Part shown: piece by piece, positions 22,486 through 35,112 of the stretch | Layout of the letters: every line of letters begins with the position of its first letter | How positions within the stretch are numbered: the first letter of the stretch is position 1 | DNA from: Botryllus schlosseri | Taxonomy: Eukaryota | DNA: 64,000 nt | Direction: 5' to 3' | NCBI GenBank assembly: GCA_051294905.1 | Contig: CM119372.1 | Location: forward strand, 39,124,001-39,188,000 | Made by a program: the position numbers and the translations under genes | The notes under the pieces: generated by a model | Seen by the model: the letters and a program-made list of their open reading frames with translations, nothing else | Told to the model about the DNA's origin: nothing | The model's database searches: none

Positions 22486-25400
22486 GGCAATGGAATTGCC
22501 GCGGCATATATAGAAAGATCAATGAGCTGAAACATTTTTTAGAAGAATTAGCGGAAGAGCCGCAGATAATAGCATTACAAGAGTCACACTTGGTGTCCCG
22601 TTACAAGCCGAAAATCCGGGGATATAAGCTCATTCGAAAAGACCGAGACATATATGGGGGTGGGGTCTGCTTATTTATCAAGGAAAGGGTACAATACGAG
22701 GAAATTGAACTGACCGGATTGGACCCGATAGAAGCACAGCTTATCAAGGTTGAAGGGATCAACGTCATGAACATTTACGCTCCACCAAATCGATCACTTC
22801 TTAAGGTCACTCTAGAAGCATGCATGAACTCTCTGTCTTCGAAATCAATTATTGTAGGCGATTTTAATGCGCATCATCCATTATGAGGTAGCAGCAGCAC
22901 AAACAGATATGGGCGGAACCTTTACGAAGTGATCGACAGCAATGATTTTGTGATTACCAACGTCACGGCAGGCACTCGCATCAACATCGCGTCGGATTTT
23001 GGTGCCACATCTCTGTTAGACTTATGCATTGTATCAAATGATATCGCACTCAAAATAGAAACCACGGTCACAGACCACTTACCAGGAAGCGATCACTTTA
23101 TCATATTCAACACGATCAATATCCCAATCGCTATACCAGAAAATCACTTTCGCTCATGGTCATTCCACAAAGCGGATTGGGACAGGTATAGGCGAATTGC
23201 TGAACACAAATTAATGTCAGGACTTCAAAAGGGCGATAATACCATTGAACATGCGGTCCAAGCAATCATACAAGCGGCACGAACATGCATTCCTGTATCA
23301 AAACCCCACAGTAAGAGCTGTGTTCCTTGGTGGAACGAATCCTGCTCCAGAGCAGTTCGTCGCAAACGAGCGGCGTTTCTGAAAATGAAACCATCATTTC
23401 ATATGGATTCAGTGATCGCGTTCAAGAAGCAGCGTGCAGAAACAAGAAAAACAATTTTAGCTGCCAAAAAATCACACTGGGAAAATTTCTGTTTATCGCT
23501 GAATAGCAATTCGAAATTAACAAAGGTCTGGCGAACAGTACGATCAATGATGGGGACCCGTACGTGGAACGTCATAAATAGCCTCAAGTCCCAAGGCATT
23601 AATTTAACAGACAACGCCGATAAAGCAAACGCGCTTGCTGGACAATTTGCGTCGGTCAGTAGCGACCAAAATCTAGATTTGCAGTTCAGGGTCAGACGAC
23701 AAGAGTTCAAAAACGAATACATTGTGCCAATTATGCAAGCAGAAAATACAACAGACGACGGTATTAATAAGCCTTTCACCATGAATGAGCTGGAAAGAGC
23801 ATTAAATCGAGGAAAAAGTACAGCTCCAGGACCGATGAAATTTGCTATCAGATGATAAGAAATCTTAATCAACGCAGTCGAAATTATCTGTTGTCAATCT
23901 TCAATAGATATTGGAAAGATGGGTATGGCGGATAGGTGTACCGCACATACCCTCTCGACGTCGGATGAACAATTAACAATCATTGCTGATCATTGTGCGC
24001 GACGGTGTCTGCATTCCGACTATTTAAAGAAGACCTTCGTTAGATGCACGCCGGCTTTTTATCTGACGATCGACCGACGCTGCACGACTAACGCTGTTTA
24101 TTTTATCCAATCAATGTTTTATCCTTAGTCTGTTCGAGTTTATGTTGTACAATAAAGTGCTGGCCAACGTATTCGCCGACTCTCTGTTGCGGACCCTAGA
24201 GGGAACGCGGCGTATAGTCCATACTCAGGTAGCGTGCTCCACCGCGCCATAATGGGCTTTGCCCGGATCACTGGCGGCACGCGATAATCATCCCATTGCC
24301 AAAAGAGGGCAAAGCCAGGTCCGACCCAGCGTCATATCGACCCATATCGTTAACGAACACCACGTGCAAAGTAATGGAGAGAATGATAGCGAATCGCATG
24401 AATTGGTTTCTGGAGATCAAAGACCTGATTAGTCCTGTGCAAAGTGGTTTCCGGGCTCGAAGATCGACAACAGACTGCATCATGACTCTTCATGATGAAA
24501 TATACAAAGGAATCTGGAACAAACGCTCAACAATAGCAGTATTTCTTGACTTCCAGAAAGCGTATGACTTGGTATGGCGAGAAGGTGTGATCTATAAGCT
24601 TCAGAAGCTTGGAATATCCGGCAACATCCTGAAATGGATATATTCATTTATCAGCAATCGCACTTTCCAAGTACGCGTAGGACAAAGTCTATCCGATACA
24701 TACACTCTAGAAAATGGCACTCCCCAGGGTAGTGTGCTAAGTCCGACTTTATTTAGCGCCATGATTAATGATCTCCCCACAGCAGTGAACAGCACAATGA
24801 ATCTGTTTGCCGACGACGCATGTTTGTGGGAAACAGGACTGAACATTACCGCATCGGCGAAAAATATCCAAAAATCTTTGGATGAAGTGCTTAAGTGGAC
24901 AACGAAATGGGGACTTCGTGTCAATGTGCAAAAATCAGCTGTAGTCATATTCTCCAGGCGTAGGAAACTACCACAAGTAAACCTTCAGATAGGAGGTACA
25001 CCACTTTCAATCAATAAACAACATAAATATATTGGAATCATCTTTGATTCGCGCCTATCCTACCGACTTCACAAGGATGCGGTCGTGGAGAAATGTATTC
25101 AAAGGATGAACATTCTGAGGGTATTAAGCGGGACATCACGGGGTGCGAGCAAACCTTGCCTTCTAGCTGTATATATAGAGCAATCATTAGATCCATCATT
25201 GAGTATGGCTGTGAAGCTTATTTATTTTCGCCACTCTATATCATACAAGCAATACAGAAAATTCAGAACGCAGCTCTGAGAATCTGCTGTGGGGCTTTGA
25301 TGAGCGCGCCAGTCTACGCCTTGCAGCATTCCTGCGGTGAACCACCAATTCACATAAGACAGCTTTAAGCGTGTTATAAGTATCGCAGTATTATTATGGC

Positions 25401-26292
25401 AACTCCAAACCACCCCTGCATATCACTAACTCGAGAATCTTGGCACGAATTCTATTCCGAATCGCATCAGTTTATTACGTTTCATATGAAAACCAGATCC
25501 GCGTCTATCCAAAATATTGTTTTACAGTCTAGGACACCGAGTACAGTGCCGCCTTGGGTGAATGGACAGCTTGCCGTCGATATGAAATTGACGCGTATCA
25601 CCTGCGGGGCACACCATCCTGAATACATACGTCAGGAATGTGAACATTACATTGCGACGCGCTATCGTACCTATACGAAAGTATACACCGACGGCTCGGA
25701 AACAAATACGCGCGGTGGTGCAGCATTTTGGGTCGAAGAACTTCAATATTCTCATTGGGCCACGCGTAACGTCAAACAATCGATATTTTCCTCGGAATTA
25801 TATGCAATTATGTTAAGTTTAAATTGGGCGAGCAACGCATGTATGCCGTCAAAACAGTTAGCGATATTCTACGACAGTCAAAGCGCATTGATGTCCATCA
25901 AAAATAATGGCAATTCGAATAGTTTAACTGAAACTATTATCTGACTCTGCAGAGACCTGGCAACAAAGGGAGTACAAGTGACGTTCATTTGGATTTCCGC
26001 TCACACAGGAATACGTGGCAATGAAAGGGCAGACGAACTCGCAAAACTCGCCTCTAGCACACCTGGATCCAACGACGAAAACGAAATCATTATGTCACTT
26101 GCCGAAATGAAGTCACACACCAATGGAATATGTATTGAGAAGTGGATGTCGGAATTGAACGACATCGAGCAAGACTCTTCGTACCTACGTTTACACGCAC
26201 CATTCTCGTGCATTCCCCGTCCACGAAATTTGTCGCGGAGGGAATCATCCATTATATTGCGACTACAAACTGGACACTGCAAATTGAACTAG
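22470..26292 (+). pseudogene. LINE ORF2 (APE endonuclease-RT-RNase H), I-group non-LTR retrotransposon, disrupted and 3'-truncated
   Basis: QWNCRG, IALQESH, IVGDFNAHH, GSDHF; YRPISL, QSGFR, FLDFQKAYD, GTPQGSVLSP, LFADD; VYTDGS, SELYAI, DSQSAL, WISAHTGIRGNERADELAK, RLQTGH; several stops and frameshifts; element probably starts ~20844 (CATTC). Confidence 0.92.
23924..24251 (+). mobile_element. Solo-LTR-like insertion (328 bp) in LINE ORF2
   Basis: 5-bp TSD ATGGG; 7-bp inverted ends TATGGCG/CGCCATA; TATTTAAA then AATAAA inside; removal restores YWKDG-LCPDHWRHAIIIP. Confidence 0.75.
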
Positions 26293-26794
26293 TCGAGTCG
26301 AGAATTTTTGGTGACTCGACTTGACTAGAGTAATTTTTTCAAATGCTTAAAATGACTCGACTCGAGTCAATTTTTGTATTGACTCGACTTGTACTCGAGT
26401 CATTGTACATGACTCGAAATAAGGTATATGACTCGAGAGTAGGACGGTCAAGACAAACATTGTAACTTCAAAGTATAGTAAAGTTACCAAAATATTGGTA
26501 TTTCGTTTATCAGTCCTGATACTTGAAAAATAGCGCCAGAAACTGATAAGACTGAGGAAATGACTGTGTTCTGGATGCGAGCCATTCGAAATCACTCTAG
26601 CAGAATTGAAAAAAGTGGATTGAACTGAAAACCGAACAGTGAACATAATGACTTGGACTCGGATTCGAGTCAAGATACTATGACTAGGACTCGAGCCTCT
26701 ACTAGCAGACTTGGACTCGGACTTGACTCGAGTCAAAACTATAAAAGTGAGATTGACTTGTGACTCGGAACCTTGTGACTTGGTTACAACCCTG
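26291..26794. mobile_element. GACTCGA-repeat MITE, left end missing
   Basis: Dense gactcgac/gacttg motifs; right end GTTACAACCCTG; abuts the truncated LINE 3' end. Confidence 0.65.
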
Positions 26795-26812
26795 GTTAAT
26801 TAAGACTCGAAA

Positions 26813-27541
26813 ATGAAACGTGTCAAAGCCAGTGGAGCTTTTTTTAGGAAGAATAAGAAAGCAAGACAAGCAGAAATAAAAAAGCACGAGGGAGCTATAC
26901 TAAAATTTGTAACCTCTTCTGGCTCAGATGTTTTCTTAACATTACAAGAGAACGATTCAAATGAAAATCAAGACAATAACGCTGAGCTCCAGAAAGATAC
27001 TGAAAAGATGAGCTTATTTGTAGAAACGCAAGAGACAGTCTACCAAGAGTAATAGGCCTACCAATGATATCAATTATGCATTGCCTGTTACACATAGACG
27101 AAGGTGAAAACAACGAAGAAGCAATTGCAGTAGTCAACGATCTGCCCAAAAATCCACGCATATTTGAGCATGAGAATTCCCAAATTCACAAAGTATGCAT
27201 GGAAAAATGGAAAGAGCTTTCGATGAGATTACAATCGCAACAAACAATTGACAAGAACATGCAGAAACATATGCAATGCAAAGCTACTTGATTCCACATC
27301 ATATTTCTGCTCATGTCTGAAACCTTATCTGACCATTGATCTGACCATTGGTGTTTCAATTGCGAGCTATGAGAGGAGCTTCTCAAAGCTCGAACTGATC
27401 AAGTCTTATTTACGTTCTACCATGAATGATGATCGGCTATCAGCTCTCCTGTCTATAGAAAGAGACTACGTTCAAAAACTTGAATTTGAGGATATTATCG
27501 CTGATTTCGCTTCGGCGAAAGCCCGAAAAGTTAAGTTTTGA
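26813..27541 (+). pseudogene. Internally deleted hAT transposase (ZMYM1-like type)
   Basis: N-terminal SGAFFRKNKKARQ, HENSQIH..CMEKW segment, and hAT dimerisation motif ERSFSKLELIKSYLRSTMNDDRLSALLSIE...FASAKARK. Confidence 0.85.
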
Positions 27542-27782
27542 GGCGGCTATTGATTTTCTATTTGCACAGTACATTCGTTCGCTATTTCTTGTCATTATTA
27601 TTTTTGGCCTTATGAACGTTGAGACGGCGAGGCTGACACGCGACATATTATTTGTAATTATTTTTATTGACATGATTGCTTGAACATGAATCTAAGTCGA
27701 AATTTGCTGCGGTCTACTTAGGGGGCGGCATTTTAAGCGAGGGCCAGGGGCGGCAGCACATGCTGCTACGCCAGTGCTGCTG

Positions 27783-28185
27783 AGCCAGCTAAAAACAGCA
27801 TATTTGGTCATGGTCATTGGTCAATGGTCATCCTATAGTTGGCCAGGCCCTCCGAGCGCTCAAATTTAACAATACTGATCTCAATCGAAAGCTATTGTTG
27901 CCTTGATTCCGGAAATAGAATTTAAATGCTGGTCTGAAAATCGGCATTGTTCCGAATAGTCGCTCTATATACTTTCCATTATCATGGTCAATTGGTCATT
28001 GTGTTGCGGCGCTCCAATTGTTAGGAACAATCGGCCTTGACTGCTATTTCGGAGTGATTCCATTGTCATGTTAACATATTAATTCATGTTTTCGGAATCA
28101 GCTTTCGATTGAGACCAGTTTGATTAAATTTTATCTCGCGGGACGCCAGCTAAAGGACTGCCAATTACGCTGCTTTTAGCCGGCC
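27783..28185. repeat. Palindromic MITE-like segment
   Basis: CCAGCTAAAAACAGC / GCTGCTTTTAGCCGG and TCTCAATCGAAAGCT / AGCTTTCGATTGAGA inverted pairs. Confidence 0.5.
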
Positions 28186-30071
28186 GTGTACACTGTGCAG
28201 CCTCATTTTGCCGCCCCTTGGAGCCTGCCGCCCCTGGCGCAGAGCCAGAACCGCCAAGTGGCTGCTACGCCACTGAGCTTACGTTGTCGTAAACTAGTAT
28301 AGTAAAGTAATTTGATAGCAAAATGTCTATTTCTGTTCTCACTTTGACAAGACCTGTTGTTTTATTGAAATTGAATTCTAATATAGTCCTCAACCATTGG
28401 CGCAGGCTCGAATGGTATCATATTGATTTGAAAATTGGTAATGTCTTGAATCTTATCAATTCCTTTCTTCTATTCTCTATTTTGGCTGGTAACCAGGGCA
28501 TGGTATGGTATGGTATGGTATGGAAGTATGGTATGGATCGATATTTTGGTATGGAATATGGAAGAATGCAAGTATGGTATGGAATGGAAGATTTTATTCT
28601 ATGGTATGGAACGACATTTCCATGCTTCCATACTTTGGTATTTTATACATTTTATCGTGATCTGTGTAAGCTTCATGAATCGTACGTTGATCGCTGCTCA
28701 CGATCGCTTTTGTTATGTGTGAACGTGAACTATTGAACGCTGTGTAGGTACAAATACGCGCTTGTGCAACGGTTTTAGGAGGACTTGGAATGGGTTGCCC
28801 GACATATGAGCATGCGACACAATGAAAAACGACGGTTAAGCATGCGACGCTATAGCATGAGGACACATTAGCATGGTAACACATGAGCATAGGGACACAT
28901 GAGCATGGGGGCACATGCGCATGGGGACATATAAGCAGGGTGAAACATGAGCAAGGGGACACATGGGCATGGAAACAGATTAGCATGCGACACTTGAGCA
29001 TGGTTACACATTAGCATTGAGACTAATCAACATGGTTACATATGGTAGGGTTGCCATACGTCCGGAATTTCCCGGACATGTCCGGAATTTCACTGAAAAA
29101 TCTGCGTCCGGGAGGAATTTCTAAAATATGCCTAAATGTCCGGAATTTTGAAGGCTTGAAGCAGGCTCAAAAGTTTTTCGTAAATCAACATAAACAATAT
29201 TATTTTCAAGCAGATATATGCTATTCAAAATTGTTCTTCGCGCCGCGCGCGAGTTCATGCAACGTATAATGATATTAGCATAGGCACCAGGCACCACCCT
29301 AGCCAAAAATGTAATCAAAATAAATATAAATAACCATCACTTACGGAAATAAGTCTGATTGTAATCGCAATTTTAAGCTAACAGTATATTCCTAGAGTTG
29401 GTTAAGACCGATTGGATGCTTCAGTCACAGACAGTGGTTCCAAATCTTGAGGTCGTTTGCCTTTTTTCTGGGGATTGCGATGATGTTGGACGTAAATAGC
29501 TTCCTAGGCCGTGAGTGACGTAATTAGCTTCTTAGGCCGTGAGTAAGTTTGGGCAAGCTGAATTTTTTTAGTAATCATGCAGCTGATCAAGTTTTGAGCT
29601 TTGCGATGGAACATTTTCAAGTCGGAAATGAGGTCGCGACCATAAAAGGTTGGAAATCACCAGATGTGCAACCTGTTGGTGCATTTTATAGAAGCCTAAT
29701 ATATATGGAAGAATCAATATTATTGACAGAATTCATACATAAAATTTAAGAGCCAAATGCATATAGCAAGTGCCCAACAAGTTACATCGACTACCCTATG
29801 GTGGGCCGAAGAGCAGTGCTTTTTTGGCCGGAAGGGAGGAGAAAAAAATGTAGTTTCGGACCTCATTAAAACACATAAACAGATAAACGCACCGACCTAA
29901 CAGTATAGCAGGACTGTCAAACACAATCCTGACAGGCCAGACACGGCCCTTCAGATGATTTCATCCGGCCCGTGGAGAAATCTATTGCAGACCCTAGCAA
30001 GTAGCAATCACCAGAACTCACATTACAGATAGCCCAATTCATGACCTATGTTCCACTCCATTCCTGTATAG

Positions 30072-31445
30072 CAGTGGTTCCCAACCTGTGGTACGCGTAC
30101 CACTAGTGGTACGCGAAGGTCTTCCAGGTGGTACGCGAGTAGATTCTATTTTTTTCGACCGAAGGGAGTTATTTTCAGGTGGGGTTGATTTTAATAAGAT
30201 TGTTCTCCAATAAACTTATGGCTTAGCATGGCATCATTGTACTCGACGCTAGCTTCTCGCGCTATTCCCAATCTCCTAATTTTCCCTTCTACGTCGGAGT
30301 GCGAGCAAGGATTTTCATCCCCGATGACTGTCAATTCGAAGAAACAAAACCACTTGTTGCGCCCAAGCTGCATGACTTTCGATGCGCTGTGAGCAAACGT
30401 ATGCCACGCATCGACCAGCTAGTGGAAAATGAACAAGTGCAGCCATCGCATTAAATAAATTGACTTTTGTTGTTATTTCATTATGTTGTTCGTTTTGTGA
30501 CTGGTGGTGAAAAAACAATTCCATGCATCCCATCAACTCTGGCTGATAATACCTAGTGCAGGGGTGGCCAACCTGCGGCCGTAGAGGGAAATTTGTGCCG
30601 CCGTCGAAATGCAATTTGAATTTACGAATTAACTCCCGATTTCTTGAAAGCTTTTAATTAATCTTGGTAATGTGACTTCATTTTTCGATTTTAATACAGT
30701 ATAGTGCCCTTTGCAATCAGAGCCCCACAATATAGATACAAACAGCAGCAGAGGAAAATGATGTGCCTCGTATAGAAATACCAACTCGGAATCGTGAACG
30801 CTCCTCACTATACCGACAATCCTGACGGGAGGTCAAGAAATAACAGCATGCAATAAAAGAATGACTACGCCCGAAGATGCATCATAATTTATAACTGGCC
30901 CTAAATTTTCGAAAACGCCCCCTGCATCAACTTTATACCGGTGAATCTGATCACGTTGGCTGAGAAAGGATCAATGCTTGATAGTAATATGTAAAACTAC
31001 TAATATCAATGACGAAATTCATTCGTGAATCTGGAAAAAATTTCGCGCCTGGCGCGGCTCTAAGCAGTCTCTCGCCATTATCAGTGACCACTCGCAATTT
31101 CGGTGCGTATAGTAAGCCTATATCATTAAATTCCGCAGTTCACCAGAAATGGTCATATACACCTTGACCTGACTATTTGGCGTCCAGCTCGTCCATTACG
31201 ACTATGCCCTGGAATGCTGCCGTGGGCTACATGAGTGGCCGAAATGCGGCTGTGAATGGCAAAAAAGTTGGCCACCCCTGGTGTAATAGAATTTGTTATT
31301 ACACCACGCATAGGTCAAATACGTGATTATTACGTCATAAATGGCGGAAATTCGCCTTCGGTGCGCGTACCTTATGTAGGTGGTACGCGAGCACTGAAAA
31401 AAACCTCTAAATGGTACGTGGGTGGAAAAAGGTTGGGAACCACTG
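30072..31445. mobile_element. hAT MITE (contains another hAT MITE at 30559-31280)
   Basis: TIR CAGTGGTTCCCAACC / GGTTGGGAACCACTG; exact TSD CTGTATAG; inner ends CAGGGGTGGCCAAC / GTTGGCCACCCCTG. Confidence 0.88.
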
Positions 31446-31460
31446 CTGTATAGTGTATAC

Positions 31461-32478
31461 CAGTGGTTCTCACCCTTTTTGTCTTCTCGAACCCATTTTG
31501 GACTGTCATGGACCCCCGCAAACTCCCTGAAGTTTTAGCCGGGGTTGACACTAGAATTCCAACCCAAGTGTTGAAGGTTTATCTCGGCTGCTCCTCGCCA
31601 TCTCATCCCCGTAAGCCGTGTCTTATAAAAAGCCTAGAAGTGGGTCGTGCTACAAGTTGGCAGATACGGAATCTAATGCAGGAAAAACGGCCTGGTGAAA
31701 ATGACCAATTGACCATTGTAGTCGACAAACGCCATGAATACCCCACACAAACAAAACAAACAATACACAGTAACGAAGTGACCACTGATCATTCATGAGA
31801 ATAGCATAAAAGCCTATTATTTAAGTAGTAATTGGGAAGACTTTTATTTATTCAAAGCGAATTCTGAAGCTAAATGTTTTGAAATACTTGGTGGTGTCTT
31901 AAAAATCTGCGCCTTCGATTTGATTTAAACGAGTGTTGAAAATCTGTCTCCACAAACAGAGGTGGTGGCAAATGTAATAGTAACGCGTAGCGCTTGCGAC
32001 GACAGATTTGGGTACGATCGCAAAAGACATGGCATCAAAATTGACAAACTAATTTATTTCATTGAACATATAACGTCAGGCCTGGACATTTCTATCAAGC
32101 AGCTCATCTTGAAACTTTCATGGAAAACAGTTATAGATATCACAGTAGAAAATGGATTTTTATAAACGTTACGAAGTCACCGTGATTGTTGAATCCAACT
32201 TTTTAATTTTACACAATCCCTAACAAATCACCTCTATACAGCAAAATATTTGTATCAGTAGGATATTGACAATTTAGCAACTAAAATGAGTCAGCACAGT
32301 AGGATATGTCATCTCAGACGGCCATTCTGTTCATGTGAGTTCTACTAGTAATGAAGCGAAACTGCCTCGTGATTTTCCTAATTAAAAAATAAAAATGAGG
32401 TTATCAACTATTTTGTAAATTGAGAGGCTTCGCGGACCCCCTGAAAATGCTTCGCGGACCCCCGGTTGAGAACCACTT
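31461..32478. mobile_element. hAT MITE containing a SINE copy (~31540-31790)
   Basis: Ends CAGTGGTTCTCA / TGAGAACCACTT; exact TSD GTGTATAC. Confidence 0.85.
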
Positions 32479-32614
32479 GTGTATACAGTCGATGGGCAAT
32501 GCTTTGCTAGTGTGACGTCATATTGACGGACAATGTGTCAACCCTCATTTTAAAATCCGCTAGTGGGCGCTAAAGAGTGTCCGGAATTTGATTCACAAAA
32601 ATATGGTAACCCTA

Positions 32615-33010
32615 ACATATGGGCATGGTAGCACGTGAGCATGGGGGCACATAACCATTGGGACACTTCAGCATGTTGACACTTGTACATGGTGATATAT
32701 GAGCATGGTTACATATCAGCATGATGACAAATGAGCATGAGGACACTTGCGCATGCGACATTTGAGCATGCGACACTTGCGCATGCGACATTTGAGCATG
32801 CGACACTTGAGCATGCGACACTTGCGCATGCGACATTTGAGCATGCGACACTTGAGCATGCGACACCTGAGCATGCGACATTTGAGCATGTGACACTTGC
32901 GCATGCGGCATTTGAGCATACGACACCTGAGCATACGACACTTGAGCATGCGACACTTGAGCATGCGACACTTGAGCATGCGACACTTGAGCATGCGACA
33001 CTTGAGCATT
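32615..33010 (+). repeat. 15-bp tandem array (CATGCGACACTTGAG), inner left foldback arm
   Basis: Directly visible; source of the spurious periodic ORFs. Confidence 0.95.
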
Positions 33011-33079
33011 TTTCATATATTAGTGTGCAGTTAACTAGCGTCAGAATCATGGATTTATACCAGTCCGTACATAATATAT

Positions 33080-33740
33080 CTCCCCTCCTCCGACCCTAAT
33101 ATCCCCGCTCCCAACTTTAATACCCATCACCCCAACCCTGATCTTGGGATACCTTAACGCTAACGCAAACCCTAACCCTAGTCATGGGATACCTTAACCC
33201 TAACCCTAACCAACCCTAAGATCCCCCCTCGCAACCCTAATACCCATCACCCCCACCCTAATCTTGGGTTACCTTAACCCCAACCCTAACCCTAACCAAC
33301 CCTAATCTCCATCACCCCCAACCCTGGTATTGGGATACCTTATCCCTAACGCAAACCCTAACCCTAATATTGGGATACCTTACCCTTAACCCTATAACCC
33401 TAACCCTAATATCCCCCTCCCAACCCTAATACCGATAATTCCCGACCCTAATCGTGGGATACCTTAACCCTAACCCTGACCAACCCTAATCTCCATCACC
33501 CCCAACCCTGGTATTGGGATACCTTATCCCTAACGCAAACCCTAACCCTAATATTGGGATACCTTACCCTTAACCCTATAACCCTAACCCTAATATCCCC
33601 CTCCCAACCCTAATACCGATAATTCCCGACCCTAATCGTGGGATACCTTAACCCTAACCCTGACCAACCCTAATCTTGGGATACCTTAACCGCAGCATGG
33701 ACCCTAACCCACTTCGAACCCTAATGTTCCCCCTACCCAC
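33080..33740 (+). repeat. Degenerate telomere-like (CCCTAA)n higher-order repeat
   Basis: Many accctaaccctaa runs punctuated by GGGATACCTTA; near-exact 184-bp tandem duplication 33297-33480 / 33481-33664. Confidence 0.9.
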
Positions 33741-33954
33741 CCACGGCACGTAAAACTTCCCTATCAAAATAGACCCGCAAAATAAAATAATAAGTCCCGT
33801 GTCGAAATGCGAATTTGGAATCGCTTTCGTCTCACAAAAGGATATATTCTTTTAGTTCGTCTGATACGTGTAAACGCGATTCCAATATATGTGGAGCAAT
33901 GACAACCTTTATCGATTTACCGCGATTTTTGAAGCTTTTCACACAAATCTATAT

Positions 33955-34587
33955 GGTCACATGCTCAAGTGTCGCATGCTCAAATGTCGCATTCTCAAGT
34001 TTAACATGCTCAAGTGTCGCATGCTCAAATGTCGCATGCTCAAGTGTCGCATGCTCAAATGTCACATGCTCAAGTGTCGCATGCTCAAATGTCGCATGCT
34101 CAAGTGACACATTCTCAAGTGACGCATGCTCAAGTGTCGCATGCGCAAGTGTCTGCATATCCACGTGTCGCATGCTCAAGTGTCTGCATGTAGACGGGTC
34201 GCATGCTCAAGTGTCGCATGCGTACGTGACCCCATGCTCATGTGCACATTTGCTCTTGTGTCCCCATGCCCATGTGTCCATATGCGCATGTGTGCCCATG
34301 CTCTTGTGTACCCATGCTCATGTGTCGTCAAGGCTCATGTATCGCATGCTCATGTGTCACCATGCTCAAGTGGCACTTACTAAATTGTCACCATGTTGAT
34401 GTGTCCCTATGCTCACGTGTATCCATGCTCGTGTGTCCCTATACTCATGTGTCCCCATGCTAATATGTCCTCATGTTAATATGTCTCTGTGCTCATGTGT
34501 CTACATGCCCACGAGTCGCCATGACCAAAAGTCGCTATGCTCAAGTGTCGCTTGCTATTGTGTCGCATGCTAATATGTCCACGGACC
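33955..34587 (-). repeat. 15-bp tandem array in inverted orientation, right foldback arm
   Basis: CATGCTCAAGTGTCG units, reverse complement of the left arm. Confidence 0.95.
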
Positions 34588-35112
34588 CTTGGAATGACAT
34601 GATTTTGTGATATAATAATGACAACAGTGATCTGATATTCTATTGAGTCTAGACACGACTTCTCCGAGCATAGTCTATCATGTGACGCAATAATTGGTAA
34701 TGTAGGCAACTACAACTATACCTCATTCCTTGAGTGACGACAGCTCACAAGCAATCATGATGCAACGTACTAATTGCTCAATGCGATTGATAATTACATT
34801 TCTTCTGAAACATTGTCCGCTCCACACATTTATACTATTTGCATACCGAGATATCTTATTGGTCATTTTTAAAACGCTCTCGCATTAGGATTATAAATTA
34901 GGGAGTGAAGTAGACATAGTTTGAAATTCTCGCCATGCTAACCCAAACCAAATGCTGTACTAATAATCACGCAGATCGCTGCGGTATTGATCGCCTGTAG
35001 CTGGGATATTTTATGGGTGCGCCTATATTAGAAATTATTTCGCGAGTATTTACTTCAAACTTGCATGTGCATCATGCCAATGTACCGGAAATGCGATGAT
35101 ATTCTTATGGAG

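Larger units (their letters stand above)
20830..28275. mobile_element. hAT element (CA[C/G]TGGCGTAGCAG ends) holding a LINE and transposase remnant
   Basis: Exact TSD AGCTTACG at 20822-20829 and 28276-28283; additional internal end TGCTGCTACGCCAGTG at 27761-27776. Confidence 0.8.
29046..32614. mobile_element. TAGGGTTGCCA-type MITE inserted in the left foldback arm, itself carrying nested elements
   Basis: Ends TAGGGTTGCCATA / TATGGTAACCCTA; exact TSD ACATATGG. Confidence 0.88.
28793..34587. mobile_element. Foldback (Mutator-like) non-autonomous element with 15-bp tandem-repeat arms
   Basis: Exact 9-bp TSD CTTGGAATG (28784-28792, 34588-34596); GG...CC ends; ~630-bp inverted arms built from CATGCGACACTTGAG. 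Confidence 0.8.

Noticed and set aside
32750..33010. CRISPR-like array
   Set aside because: Head-to-tail units with no unique spacers, no cas genes, eukaryotic context
33080..33740. True telomere or chromosome fusion site
   Set aside because: Single orientation, degenerate, and enclosed in a TSD-flanked element
32612..34463. Periodic ORFs (MLKCR, HAQVS, VACSS, LEHAT repeats)
   Set aside because: Translations of a stop-free 15-bp tandem repeat in multiple frames; not genes
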